Positions 47,317 through 56,373 of a DNA stretch of 64,000 nt are shown here, in pieces. This stretch comes from Dehalococcoidia bacterium (GTDB taxonomy: Bacteria; Chloroflexota; Dehalococcoidia; Lucifugimonadales; JAGWBF01). Position numbers and translations under genes: made by a program. Where the stretch lies: assembly GCA_965261965.1 (NCBI GenBank), contig OZ253489.1, positions 130,969 through 194,968 of the forward strand, given 5' to 3'. The notes below the pieces were generated by a model that did not search any database, had not been told where the DNA came from, and saw nothing but the letters and a program-made list of their open reading frames with translations. The stretch's first letter is position 1; each line of letters starts with the position of its first letter.

Positions 47317-48699
47317 CTATGCTTCTTGGACTATCCTTTTGGGACTGCGAAATCCCTTTGCCCGCGCGCCGGGCGCATCCCGGTAAAATCCGAACTTGGC
47401 AGGATCGACCGGGTGTTGGGGGAATTCTCCCACCGGATGATAGACCTCCCCGTAGGGGTAAGAAAAGTATGCTAGGATGGTCTCCCGTTCACAGTAGCTG
47501 CAAACCAAACGCAGGCTGGGTTGCAGGTAGAAAGAGTACCTGGGTGTCACACTCTGGGGTTCTTTTATAGCAACGCAGTCGGTGTTGGCGCACGTGATAT
47601 CCAGAGGTCCCTCCAGCGGAACACCGCGCAGAGGGACATCATTAGATTTTTCGGCGGCTTGGCTCCACGGCTTCAAGCCCAGCATCAGTGCAATCAGCGA
47701 CATGCGCACCGGCACACCGTTGCGGGCTTGTTGAAAATATATGCTTCGCGGGTCGGCATCAATGCTTGGTGAGACCTCATCGACCCTGGGGAGGGGGTGC
47801 ATCACAAAGGCTTTGGAAAATTCAGATCTGTGCAGGATGGACATATCTATCCGAGGGTAGGCTGTGGAGCTGCCTGTGGTTTCTGGAGTCTCCCTTTCTT
47901 TTTGTCTGCGGGTGGCATACAGGGCAATAGATTCGTCTACGTCCAACCGCAGATGCGTCGAATCGAACAAGGTGAGAGAGTAAGGCTTGCTGGGGGTCAT
48001 ATAGATAGCATCCACCACACTTTCAGAGCCGCCTTCGCTTTGAGAATACAAAGCTTCCAGCCCTGCCTGTTGTATCTTTTGGATGGGGGTCTCGTAATCT
48101 GCCTCCAGCTTGTGAAGGACATGGTCGGGCAGCCCCAAACCTTCCCCCGGAACGAAGATGATCATAGCGCCGAACCTGAGCAGCGCATACAGGAGAGAAT
48201 GAACGGTTCGACCATTCTTCAGGTCGCCGCAGAGGACGATCTTCTTACCCCGCAGATTTCCGAACTCTTTCCTGAGTGTGTACAGGTCCACCAAGGTCTG
48301 GGTTGGGTGCTCATGCGCGCCGTCGCCGGCGTTGATTATGGGAACATCGCTGTACTCGGCAGCCAGCTTGGCCGATCCTTCCCAAGGATGCCGGATGATC
48401 GCCAGGTCGGCATAGCTGCTCCAAATGCGAATCGTATCTGCCAAAGATTCACCCTTGGCCATGGAAGAAAGGCTGATATCTCCCGTGCTCACCACATCGC
48501 CGCCCAAGCGCTTCATGGCAGATTCGAAAGAACCCCGGGTCCGTGTGCTGGGCTCCAAGAACAAGCTGGCCATCAGCAGACGAGATGCCAACCCATAAAA
48601 AGCATCCCGGTCCTGTTCCATTTCCTGAGCCAGGTCCAGGACATCTTCGATCTGGCTGATGGACAGGTCTTCGATGGTAACCAAGCTGCCTTTAAACAT
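47317..48699 (-). CDS. pyrB: Aspartate carbamoyltransferase catalytic chain fused to a PyrI-like zinc domain
   Basis: 460 aa. STRTR and HPLPR motifs lie in the first ~310 aa. The C-terminal ~110 aa carry CxxxC...CxxC (CANTDC ... CSYC), like the PyrI regulatory-chain zinc domain. Confidence 0.88.
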   Translation of the reverse strand: MFKGSLVTIEDLSISQIEDVLDLAQEMEQDRDAFYGLASRLLMASLFLEPSTRTRGSFESAMKRLGGDVVSTGDISLSSMAKGESLADTIRIWSSYADLAIIRHPWEGSAKLAAEYSDVPIINAGDGAHEHPTQTLVDLYTLRKEFGNLRGKKIVLCGDLKNGRTVHSLLYALLRFGAMIIFVPGEGLGLPDHVLHKLEADYETPIQKIQQAGLEALYSQSEGGSESVVDAIYMTPSKPYSLTLFDSTHLRLDVDESIALYATRRQKERETPETTGSSTAYPRIDMSILHRSEFSKAFVMHPLPRVDEVSPSIDADPRSIYFQQARNGVPVRMSLIALMLGLKPWSQAAEKSNDVPLRGVPLEGPLDITCANTDCVAIKEPQSVTPRYSFYLQPSLRLVCSYCERETILAYFSYPYGEVYHPVGEFPQHPVDPAKFGFYRDAPGARAKGFRSPKRIVQEA

Positions 48700-48810
48700 C
48701 CCTCAGCCTTCCCCAAAACCCGGCGCAGATACGTTGAACATCTGCTGTTCTGGACCTCTCCTCGGGATGGACAACCACAACCTCATCTCTTCCCTCGACC
48801 TCGGAAAGAT

Positions 48811-49023
48811 GCGCTTGGGCCCCTTCGCTGGGAGCAGTGGCTTCGACCTTGATTCTGATAGTGCAGGGTACGCACTTGGCCCCTTCGCCGGGAGGAGTGA
48901 CTTCGACCTTGATTCTGATAGTACAGGGTACGCACTTGGCCCCCTTCGCAGGGAGGAGTGGCTTCGACCTTGATTCTGATAGTGCAGGGTGCGCACTTGG
49001 CCCACTTCGCCGGAAGCAGTGGG
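48811..49023. repeat. 60-61-bp tandem repeat, about 3.5 copies, in the pyrB 5' leader region
   Basis: CTTCGACCTTGATTCTGATAGT recurs at 48841, 48901 and 48962. The units carry SNPs and 1-nt length differences. Confidence 0.8.
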
Positions 49024-49289
49024 TATGTTCCTAAGTACATAATCATCCAGAACGGTGATTCCCGTTGCTGCGGCCATCCCTAACACACAAAGCCCTTGCT
49101 GATAAACGGCAAGGGTTCGAGATGATGACCCGGTATGGGCCGGGGAATCCGGTCCTTCAAGGATACTGCTCCTTTCCAGCGTCGCTGGTCTGTCCTTAAA
49201 GGGGTGCTTTTTCGCCCAAAAACGGGCTTAGAATCTTCGGAGGAGGGTCATAGAGAATCATAACATAAGCGATTTACGCTAACAACGAA

Positions 49290-49483
49290 CCAGCATTGTC
49301 ATACTGAGGAGCGCCTTCCTCCCTCCCCCCCGTCATTCTGAGGCTCCTCCTCCTCCCCTGTCATGCTGAGGCGCGCACGCCTCCCCCCTGTCATTCTGAG
49401 GAGCGCACGCCGAAGAATCTAATATGCCGGCTAACATCATGGCTCGTCGTAGTAATGGGCAGGCCATTGGAGGAGGACCTAAG
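49290..49483 (-). repeat. Family A sub-repeats plus one truncated copy abutting IS1380 copy 2
   Basis: GTCATWCTGAGG sub-repeats at 49296-49390. A copy starts at 49390 (GTCATTCTGAGGAGCGCACGCCGAAGAATCTAATATGCC, core with CGTCGTAGTAA) and ends at the IS boundary. Confidence 0.7.
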
Positions 49484-51200
49484 CCCGAATCCACCGATGG
49501 ACGGGGGGGGGACAGGGGAAGGGGGTAAGGGAGTTACAGGGGCGATGATCCGGGCTCGAATTCGGGTGGACGGGGGGTTGGCGGGCGGTCTGCAGGCGCT
49601 TTGGGGGCAGCGACGTCGGCCTGCGGTGGCTGTGGAGAGCGAGATGGCAGGATAGGCCACGGCAAGAGGCGCTCGCGGACCGGGATGGCGTGAGTTTGGG
49701 GGGCGTTCAGTTGACCGGATGACGGGTCGGTGGCAGAAGGGCGCCGTCAAGCTGGGAGTGGAATGGCTCGCAGCCGGGTCAGGGCGCGACTGAACTGCTC
49801 CTGCCACGGCCAATGCTTGGGAAGATGCAAAGTGAGCCGGGGCGCCGAGCGAGTGAGCCGTCCGGCCAGGGCGAAGACTCGTCGTCTGAGCGTCTTTGTA
49901 GTCGCGATCCGTTCACCCAGGCCGATGCGGGCTGTTGTCCAGCGGGCCAGGTTGTGGGCCATCGCCTGCACCGCCAGCCAGGCGCCGTTGGCGGCGAAGC
50001 GGCCGGACGGCATGTGGCTGAGTCCGACACCGTACTTGAGGTCGCGTATCGCATTTTCGATCTCGGCGCGGCGGCGATGATCAGCCTCCGGTTCGAGCAT
50101 CTCCCCATCGCGGTCGGTGATGAAGCCGTGATGGCTGCAGGTGGCGAAGAGGGCCAACTGGGAACCTGGCGTGGGCTTCACCCGCCGGACGATGAGCCGC
50201 GCCGGCGCGGCATCGGGCTCACTCTGGAAGGGGATATAGGTGGTCTCTGCCACATCGGCGGCGCCGTCCATCCAGCCGTCCATCCAGTGGGGAATCGGCG
50301 TCCAGGCATCTTCAGGTATGGCCTCGATGACATTGTGCAGGCTTTTGTGCTGGCGGATGGCGATGGAGAAGCGGGCATCCATCCTGCGGCAGACGGATGC
50401 CACGCCATGAGCGTAGAAACCGCTGTCGGCCCGCACCGTGATGTCCCCTGGCCCCGGCGTAGCGCACCCGCCCCACCGTCTCAGGCAGGAAGTGGGCGGC
50501 GCCGCGGGCGGTGTTGACGGGGCCCTCGCGCAGCCGGGCCATCAGCACGTCTCCGGCGCTGGCGGCGATAGCCAGCAGTGGGTGATAGCCCCGCTTGCCG
50601 GTGTAACCATGGTGTCGGGCCCCTTCCTTGTCCAGTCCGTAGGTCTCGCAGACGGTGGAATCGAGGTCGATAGTCAAGGGTGCGTCGCCGGGTCCGGCCT
50701 GCCATGCCCGTGCCAGCAGCTCGCGGCTCACCCGGTCCGGTTGGCGGACGTGGCCCCAGCGAAAGCTGCGCAGGAAAGCGCCCAGTGTGGATGGCGCCCT
50801 GACCAGGCAGTCGAGAACACCGGCCGTCCCACCGGCTCGCAGCGCATCGGCGTCGTCGATGCAGTCGCCGCCAGCCAGCGCGGAGGCGACCAGCGTCATT
50901 ATCTTGTCGCCGGTGTTGGCCCGGCCCGGCGCATCACCCAGGTCCAGGCGCTGCTGCACCAGTTGGGAAAGACCGGGGCGCAGGGCCAAGGCGGCTGGGA
51001 GGAGCGGGCCGGCATCGTCCACCAGGCGGTGATCGTCGAAGGCGACTTGGATGCGGTCGAGGTGGTTGCGTGGTAGCATCTATTGGGCGCTCCTTCTCTG
51101 GGGCCGGGTTGCCGTTACAAAACCATTATCCCAGATTCAGAGGAGCGCCCTCTCGCCGCTTTAGAACGCTGACCAGACCCACTCCTTCGGTGGATTCGGG
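49484..51200 (-). mobile_element. IS1380-family insertion sequence, decayed copy
   Basis: It has the same terminal repeats as copy 1 (CCCGAATCCACCGATGG ... CCTTCGGTGGATTCGGG). Flanks are CTAAG and CTAAT. The transposase reading frame is broken. Confidence 0.8.
49747..51079 (-). pseudogene. IS1380-family transposase pseudogene (frameshifted)
   Basis: ORFs 50312-51079 and 49747-50436 together cover the 441-aa protein of copy 1. Relative to copy 1 there is a 2-nt shortfall near 50430-50450 and a 12-nt WMDG duplication. Confidence 0.8.
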
Positions 51201-51385
51201 CTAATGCGTTGCCCGAACCGCCGGCTCCGGTCCCAGTTAGGGGGAACGTGCTTTTCTTGACTACCATGAGGGGTGCACCTATAATCGGCCCACCATGAAC
51301 CACCCCATCCCCTATGAAGAAGTTCATGGGCTATTGGCACGTTAGAAGCTGCTTGGGTGGGGCGCCAAAACTCCGCTTCGGAGGA

Positions 51386-51997
51386 ATGATGAAGATAGCT
51401 TTCATAGTGTTCGAAGGGCTAACCACCATGGATTTTTTGGGTGTCTACGATCCGGTTACCCGCCTGAAGACCATGGGATTTCGCGATGATATCGACTGGG
51501 ATATATGCGCCATGAGTCCGAAGGTGACCGACACAACGGGCAAGCTGACTATCGAAACTACCAGAATCAAGCCTGACTTGGCTGAGTATGACATGTTCGT
51601 TGTTCCAGGAGGTATGGGCGGCAGGGTTGTACAGGAAGACCCTGAGTTCATCAATTGGCTTCGCACCGGGCGAAATGCCGTTTACAAAACCGCGGTGTGC
51701 AACGGATCGATAATCATGGGTCATGCCGGTTATCTTGAGGGCAAGAAGGCTACAACAAACCGAAATGTCTTCGACCAGCTTCCGCCTCTGGGCGCTGAGA
51801 TTCTCACAGATCGAGTTGTAGAAGACGGTGATGTGATTACAGCAGGGGGAGTCAGCTCATCGTTGGATTTGGGTTTATACCTTGTGGGTAAGATAGCTGG
51901 GCGCGAGGTAATGGAGAAGATTAAATCCCAGATGGAGTACAACGGCTTCGAGCAAGCTAACATCAAGAGCTTTGGTGAGCCGCTGAAGATAGCTTAG
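51386..51997 (+). CDS. DJ-1/PfpI family protein
   Basis: The conserved N-terminus MMKIAFIVFEG starts at 51386; the ORF track starts at 51314. The nucleophile-elbow Cys is in AVCNGS. Confidence 0.8.
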   Translation: MMKIAFIVFEGLTTMDFLGVYDPVTRLKTMGFRDDIDWDICAMSPKVTDTTGKLTIETTRIKPDLAEYDMFVVPGGMGGRVVQEDPEFINWLRTGRNAVYKTAVCNGSIIMGHAGYLEGKKATTNRNVFDQLPPLGAEILTDRVVEDGDVITAGGVSSSLDLGLYLVGKIAGREVMEKIKSQMEYNGFEQANIKSFGEPLKIA

Positions 51998-52941
51998 GTG
52001 AAGCTGGGCATCACCTGCTCGGCAAATAGCTGAATTGATTCCACCCCGCCATCCCGGCGAAAATTCACGTACAGGTACTCCAACCCGGCGTTGAAGTGCT
52101 GCTGGTATAGCTCCGTAAGCTGCCCAGGCGTTCCGATGTCGAAGCTATCCAGCGATGAACGGTCCGAGCCGGTTTCGGTTAAATATCTTTCGATTTTGCC
52201 CTCGACCTCGGCTTCTGTTTCTCCTATGATGACGAAACTGTGGCGGGTCTTTAGTATCTTGCTTGGGTCCCGGCCGACTTCTTCGCAGTGGGCTTTCAAA
52301 GCATCCAGTTTGGTTTCTATCTCGCCGGGGCTGCCGTGTATGTTGCACATGTCCCCGTACTGGGCAACCAACCGCAGCGTAGCCTTCCGGCCATCTCCTC
52401 CCACCATTATGGGGGGATTCGGACTTTGGATAGGACGGGGACTACAGGTCGCACCTTCCAAAGAGTAGTACTTGCCCTGGTAACTCACCTCTTCTCCTGA
52501 CCATAGCCGCGTTATAACCTGCAGGGATTCTTCCAAGCGGCGCAGGCGCTCACCCGGTGTGCCGAACGAAAGCCCATACATCTGGTACTCCTTTGCCAGA
52601 TTCCCCGACCCTATTCCCATGATCAGCCGTCCGCCGCTTATGACGTCGACCGTTGCTCCCATCTTGGCCAACAGGGCCGGATTTCTGAACAGGTTGGACG
52701 AAACCAAGGAACCGAGCCGGATACGCTTCGTGGTGACGGAAAGAGCGGATAAGGTGGTCCAAAGCTCCATGAAAGGTTCTTCGGGAGGCCCCAAAGCCGA
52801 AAAGAAGTGGTCTGCCAAACAGAAAGAATCGAAGCCCAGACGTTCAGATTCCAAGGCGGCCTCGGAGATGCGGGAATAGATGTGCTCAGGTCCTTCGGGA
52901 TAGACGAAGCTGCTGTACTGAATCCCAAACTTCCCAGCCAT
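51994..52941 (-). CDS. LLM-class F420/flavin-dependent oxidoreductase
   Basis: 315 aa. LGFDSFCLADH, GGRLIMGIGSG, PPIMVGG. The 3' end overlaps the DJ-1 gene end by 4 nt. Confidence 0.85.
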   Translation of the reverse strand: MAGKFGIQYSSFVYPEGPEHIYSRISEAALESERLGFDSFCLADHFFSALGPPEEPFMELWTTLSALSVTTKRIRLGSLVSSNLFRNPALLAKMGATVDVISGGRLIMGIGSGNLAKEYQMYGLSFGTPGERLRRLEESLQVITRLWSGEEVSYQGKYYSLEGATCSPRPIQSPNPPIMVGGDGRKATLRLVAQYGDMCNIHGSPGEIETKLDALKAHCEEVGRDPSKILKTRHSFVIIGETEAEVEGKIERYLTETGSDRSSLDSFDIGTPGQLTELYQQHFNAGLEYLYVNFRRDGGVESIQLFAEQVMPSFT

Positions 52942-53082
52942 ATGTTCCTCCTCAATTAAGCGCTATCAACCTCAGAACATTCGTGCCGGGCGCCCCGCTA
53001 TGGTGCAAAGCTGAAAGCCTTGGTATTATACCATCGACATTGACGAGGTTCGTTCATCAAGACCGTTTTGGGGAGGTGGCCT

Positions 53083-53685
53083 GTGGCTTCAACCGTTCAA
53101 GTAACTGTGTGGTACGACTACACTTGACCCTTCTGCTATGTCGGTCTGGCAAGACTCGACAAGGTGGCTCAAGCTCATCCTCTGGATGTAGAACGTCTGC
53201 CGTTTCTGCTTTCTCCCAACAAACCGCCGGAGGGTGAACCTCGGCGCCTGTTAGACGGAGAAACCGAAACCGAGCTGTCTCCTGCCGCTCAGGAGCGGGC
53301 TCGGGCAGCGGGCTTGGTTATGCGGAGGCCTGCTTGGTCTCCCAACACCATGCTTGTCCATGAAGCGACGCTGTACACCAAAGAAAAGGGGCAGGATGAC
53401 CGGTTCCACCATGTTGCAGCCAAAGCATACTGGGAGGATGGCGCCGATCTGGCAAACATGGATGTGGTCCAGAGGCTTGCCAATGAATGCGGCTTGGATT
53501 GGGCAGAATTATCAGGGCGTCTGGAATCGGGGCATTACCGTCAGCAGGTGCTGGACACATACGAACAAGCCAAAGCAATTGGTGTCGGTGGCACGCCTAC
53601 TTACAGGATTTCAGGGGAGCTTCTGCCGGGTGACGTTAGCTACGAATCTCTGGAAGAGGCTGTTCAACAAGCTGAATCCAGCTAG
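53083..53685 (+). CDS. DsbA/FrnE-like oxidoreductase, selenocysteine candidate (UGA at 53125-53127)
   Basis: The ORF track begins at GTG 53164. The same frame is open upstream except for one TGA, giving (M)ASTVQVTVWYDYT-U-PFCYVGLARLDKVAQAH. This is the DsbA-family CPxC position. GGAGG lies 6 nt before the GTG at 53083. A bulged 8-bp hairpin at 53140-53160 lies 12 nt after the UGA. Confidence 0.65.
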
Positions 53686-53695
53686 CGGACTGTTT

Positions 53696-53844
53696 TAGGG
53701 AACCTCTGAACAACTCGGCTGAAGCCCGTCATTCCCGCCCCCTGAAGCCCGTCATTCCCGCGAAGGCGGGAACCTCGCCCCTCTGTAGGGACGGGTTTCA
53801 CGTCCATCCTCTGCATCCAAGGGGACTTATTCAGACTATCCTTA
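53696..53844 (-). mobile_element. Family B MITE, copy X2 (reverse orientation)
   Basis: TA-GGGAACCTCTGAACAAC...CTTATTCAGACTATCCT-TA. Two internal GAATGACGGG sub-repeats. Confidence 0.7.
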
Positions 53845-53881
53845 GAGTTGGTCTAACCTGGTTATCCTGTGTCGGGGGAGA

Positions 53882-54661
53882 ATGATGCCCTACGAGGGCT
53901 TGAATCTGGAAGGTAAAAATGCTCTGGTGACCGGATCGGCCCGCGGGATCGGCCGGGCCTTGGCTGTTGGTCTGGCTGAGGCGGGCGCCAATGTGGCTGT
54001 TTCCGATACATCGGAGCGGCTGGAAGAGTCGCGGGAAACCCAAGAGATGATAGAGAAGCTGGGAGCTAAGAGCGGAGCCTATCTCCTTGATGTTCTGGAT
54101 GTTGGTAAGATCCCGTCGACCCTTCAACAGGTGTCAGAGGATTTGGGCGGCTTGGACATTTTGATCAACAACGCAGGGGTTAGAGTGCGAAAGCTCGCCT
54201 TGGAAGTGACCGAAGATGAGTGGGATTATGTGGTCGATACCAACCTGAAGGGTGTCTTCTTCTGTGCCCAAGCAGCAGCGAAGCAGATGATTCCCCGTGG
54301 CAGCGGTCGAATCATAAACATTGCCTCCCAGTTTGCTATCGTTGCGCAGAATGACAGGGCACCTTATTGCGCCAGCAAGGGCGGGGTGGCCAACCTGACC
54401 AAAGCCCTCGCCTTGGAGTGGGCACGATATAAGATCACCGTGAATGCCATAGGCCCCGGACCCACCGATACTCCAGGCATTCAAATTGCCAATCCCCGGT
54501 CCCCTGAAGATATCCAACGCGAGATGGATGCCGATATGCCCTTGGGGCGGCGGATGGAGCCTGAAGAGCTGGTGGGTGGAGCGATTTATCTGGCGAGCCC
54601 ATCGGCGGTAGCTACCACGGGACACCTTCTGATCGTCGACGGTGGCTGGACAGCCCGGTAG
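53882..54661 (+). CDS. Short-chain dehydrogenase/reductase (classical SDR)
   Basis: 259 aa. TGSARGIG Rossmann motif, NNAG, YCASK (YxxxK). Confidence 0.9.
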   Translation: MMPYEGLNLEGKNALVTGSARGIGRALAVGLAEAGANVAVSDTSERLEESRETQEMIEKLGAKSGAYLLDVLDVGKIPSTLQQVSEDLGGLDILINNAGVRVRKLALEVTEDEWDYVVDTNLKGVFFCAQAAAKQMIPRGSGRIINIASQFAIVAQNDRAPYCASKGGVANLTKALALEWARYKITVNAIGPGPTDTPGIQIANPRSPEDIQREMDADMPLGRRMEPEELVGGAIYLASPSAVATTGHLLIVDGGWTAR

Positions 54662-54689
54662 GGTTCGAGTCCAAACCCTCGATGATATT

Positions 54690-54718
54690 TTGGATATTTT
54701 GCGTATTGGGCACATAGT
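54690..54718 (+). promoter_or_regulatory. Candidate promoter of the bPH-SHOCT cassette
   Basis: TTGGAT (54690-54695), 17 nt, CATAGT (54713-54718). AGGAGG lies 8 nt before the ATG at 54771. Confidence 0.3.
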
Positions 54719-54770
54719 ACAGTGTAGCTGTCCTACTTCATGTCTGTAATCAGTCTAGGAGGTACAACAG

Positions 54771-55361
54771 ATGACTGCCCAAGTTGACGCCATCAATGAC
54801 GCTATAGGTGATCTGAATGGATTTTATCGGATGGGGATGCGGGATGAGGTAAAGGAACTGCCGAACATCCTAGGGATGAACGAACTCCCAGAGAAGATAG
54901 TGGTCGCAGAATACCATGATAACGTGCCGTGCTTGCTGGTTGTTACAGACAGTCGGCTCATCCTTGTCGAGGCGAAGTTGAGCTTCTCCCGGAATGGAAA
55001 GGTGAGGGTGAAGGACTTCCTCTGTGACAAAATTACGTCCGTTGAATACTCGCCAGGAATGGCGAGGCACCAAATCACATTCTGGGTATATGGCAATAAA
55101 GAAACATTCAAGATATTGTGGTGGGATGGTAAATTCCAAGCAAGTCAGATCGCCGAATACCTGCGCTCGAAGGCAAACGCGCAAGCCGCCGTTTCTGACA
55201 CGCACACCGCCACACAAGTGGATGCCATCAATGACGCTTTTCGCTTGGGCGGTCACAAGCGTAAGATCAAGGCTAGGTTCGTGCAGCAGTTGGTGGACAT
55301 CCTGGGTCATGACGAGATCCCGAAGAGGATAATACCAACAGCATGGGGTGTGGGGGGCTGA
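54771..55361 (+). CDS. Bacterial PH (YokE-like) domain protein, 5' part of a gene split at a G6 run
   Basis: 196 aa. One complete unit (VDAINDAIGDL...LLVVTDSRLILVEA...ITSVEYS...) plus the first half of a second unit. It ends at a TGA immediately after GGGGGG (55352-55357). Confidence 0.6.
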   Translation: MTAQVDAINDAIGDLNGFYRMGMRDEVKELPNILGMNELPEKIVVAEYHDNVPCLLVVTDSRLILVEAKLSFSRNGKVRVKDFLCDKITSVEYSPGMARHQITFWVYGNKETFKILWWDGKFQASQIAEYLRSKANAQAAVSDTHTATQVDAINDAFRLGGHKRKIKARFVQQLVDILGHDEIPKRIIPTAWGVGG

Positions 55362-56164
55362 TTGCTACGGATAATCGGCTTATCGTTGCTAATGAAACGT
55401 TCTCACTAAAACTAAAAATAAAAGAATTTCCTTACAACAAGATTTCGTTCGTTCAATTTTCTACAGGTACCTGGAGAGGAGAACGCAACATCACCATTCA
55501 CGCGTACGATGGCAAAAAAGAGGTATTTAATGCGGCGAGTAACGACGAAGCCATCGGATTCACCGCACACTTGCGGGAGAAAATTCACTCAAATATCACT
55601 ACATCCGTCCCAGACGATTATAAAACCGCCAAAGTCTATGCCATCAATAATGCTATCCGCGGGCTGGACAACTTTGACCTAGCGCCGGTGCACAGAGGCG
55701 AGATCAAGCAGTTGCCGGACATTCTGGGAGAGAACGAACTCCCGGAGAAAATGATGTGTGTAATATATGATGGTTGGGACGGAATGCTGTTTGCTACGCC
55801 CAGTCGTCTCATCTTTGTCCCATCTGGGGGGAAGCGCTCACTAAGGATAGAGGCATTCCCCTACGATGCGATTACGTCCGTTGAGTCCTCTACGGGAATT
55901 GTCTTCGGCAAAATGACTATTTATTCATCCGGTATGGAAGCAACATTTGAAACGATAGTTGACCAGGAATTCGAAGAATACCTGCGAGCAAAGATTCCTG
56001 CCTCCGCCCCCAGTCCCGCCACCTCAGACTACGCTCCTGCACCGCCGATGATGGGTACTGTATCGGTTGCCGACGAACTGGAGAAACTCCATAATTTGGT
56101 GGATAAGGGCATTCTGATGCAGGAAGAATTCGAGGTTCTAAAAAAGAAACTGATCCAGATATAG
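55343..56164 (+). CDS. Bacterial PH domain x2 + SHOCT-like C-terminus, 3' part of the split gene
   Basis: 273 aa. It continues unit 2 (GLIATDNRLIVAN...ISFVQFSTG), has a full unit 3, a Pro/Ala linker and then ADELEKLHNLVDKGILMQEEFEVLKKKL (SHOCT-like). Confidence 0.6.
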   Translation: MGCGGLIATDNRLIVANETFSLKLKIKEFPYNKISFVQFSTGTWRGERNITIHAYDGKKEVFNAASNDEAIGFTAHLREKIHSNITTSVPDDYKTAKVYAINNAIRGLDNFDLAPVHRGEIKQLPDILGENELPEKMMCVIYDGWDGMLFATPSRLIFVPSGGKRSLRIEAFPYDAITSVESSTGIVFGKMTIYSSGMEATFETIVDQEFEEYLRAKIPASAPSPATSDYAPAPPMMGTVSVADELEKLHNLVDKGILMQEEFEVLKKKLIQI

Positions 56165-56373
56165 GCAACTGGAGTAGATTTTCGGTTTATCTGTTACGTT
56201 CTATGTTAATCAGCGACCAAAAATTGGTTCGGTGAAAGTGGCCCAGTGGGTGGATTCTAGCGTGGCTGGAAGGGTTCAGTCGTTTATCATTGTCGCACAT
56301 CTACGACTACGACGGGGTGACTCTAGGATTGGGTGAAGGGCCCCGAGAGGTGCTAAAAAGCCGGGCCTTGTAC

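Noticed and set aside
48700-48810. PyrR-binding or attenuator motif in the pyrB leader (GAGAGGUCCAGAAC)
   Set aside because: Only the UCCAGA core matches the remembered ARUCCAGAGAGGYU consensus, and no pyrR gene is in the window. The possible terminator-like hairpin has a 6-nt gap before its U-run. Kept only as a remark in the repeat finding.
48703-49086. 127-aa ORF running through the pyrB-leader repeats and stopping 3 nt before the pyrB ATG (possible leader peptide)
   Set aside because: The sequence is dictated by the 60-61-bp repeats, another frame is equally open (48783-49046), and there is no RBS. Likely a repeat artefact, though a short leader peptide cannot be excluded.
54661-54678. 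GGGTTCGAGTCC immediately after the SDR stop resembles a tRNA T-arm, suggesting a tRNA-derived attachment site for the cassette
   Set aside because: The flanking bases do not form a T-stem or an acceptor stem. The sequence instead folds as a simple GGGTT/AACCC hairpin, and no tRNA cloverleaf can be built.
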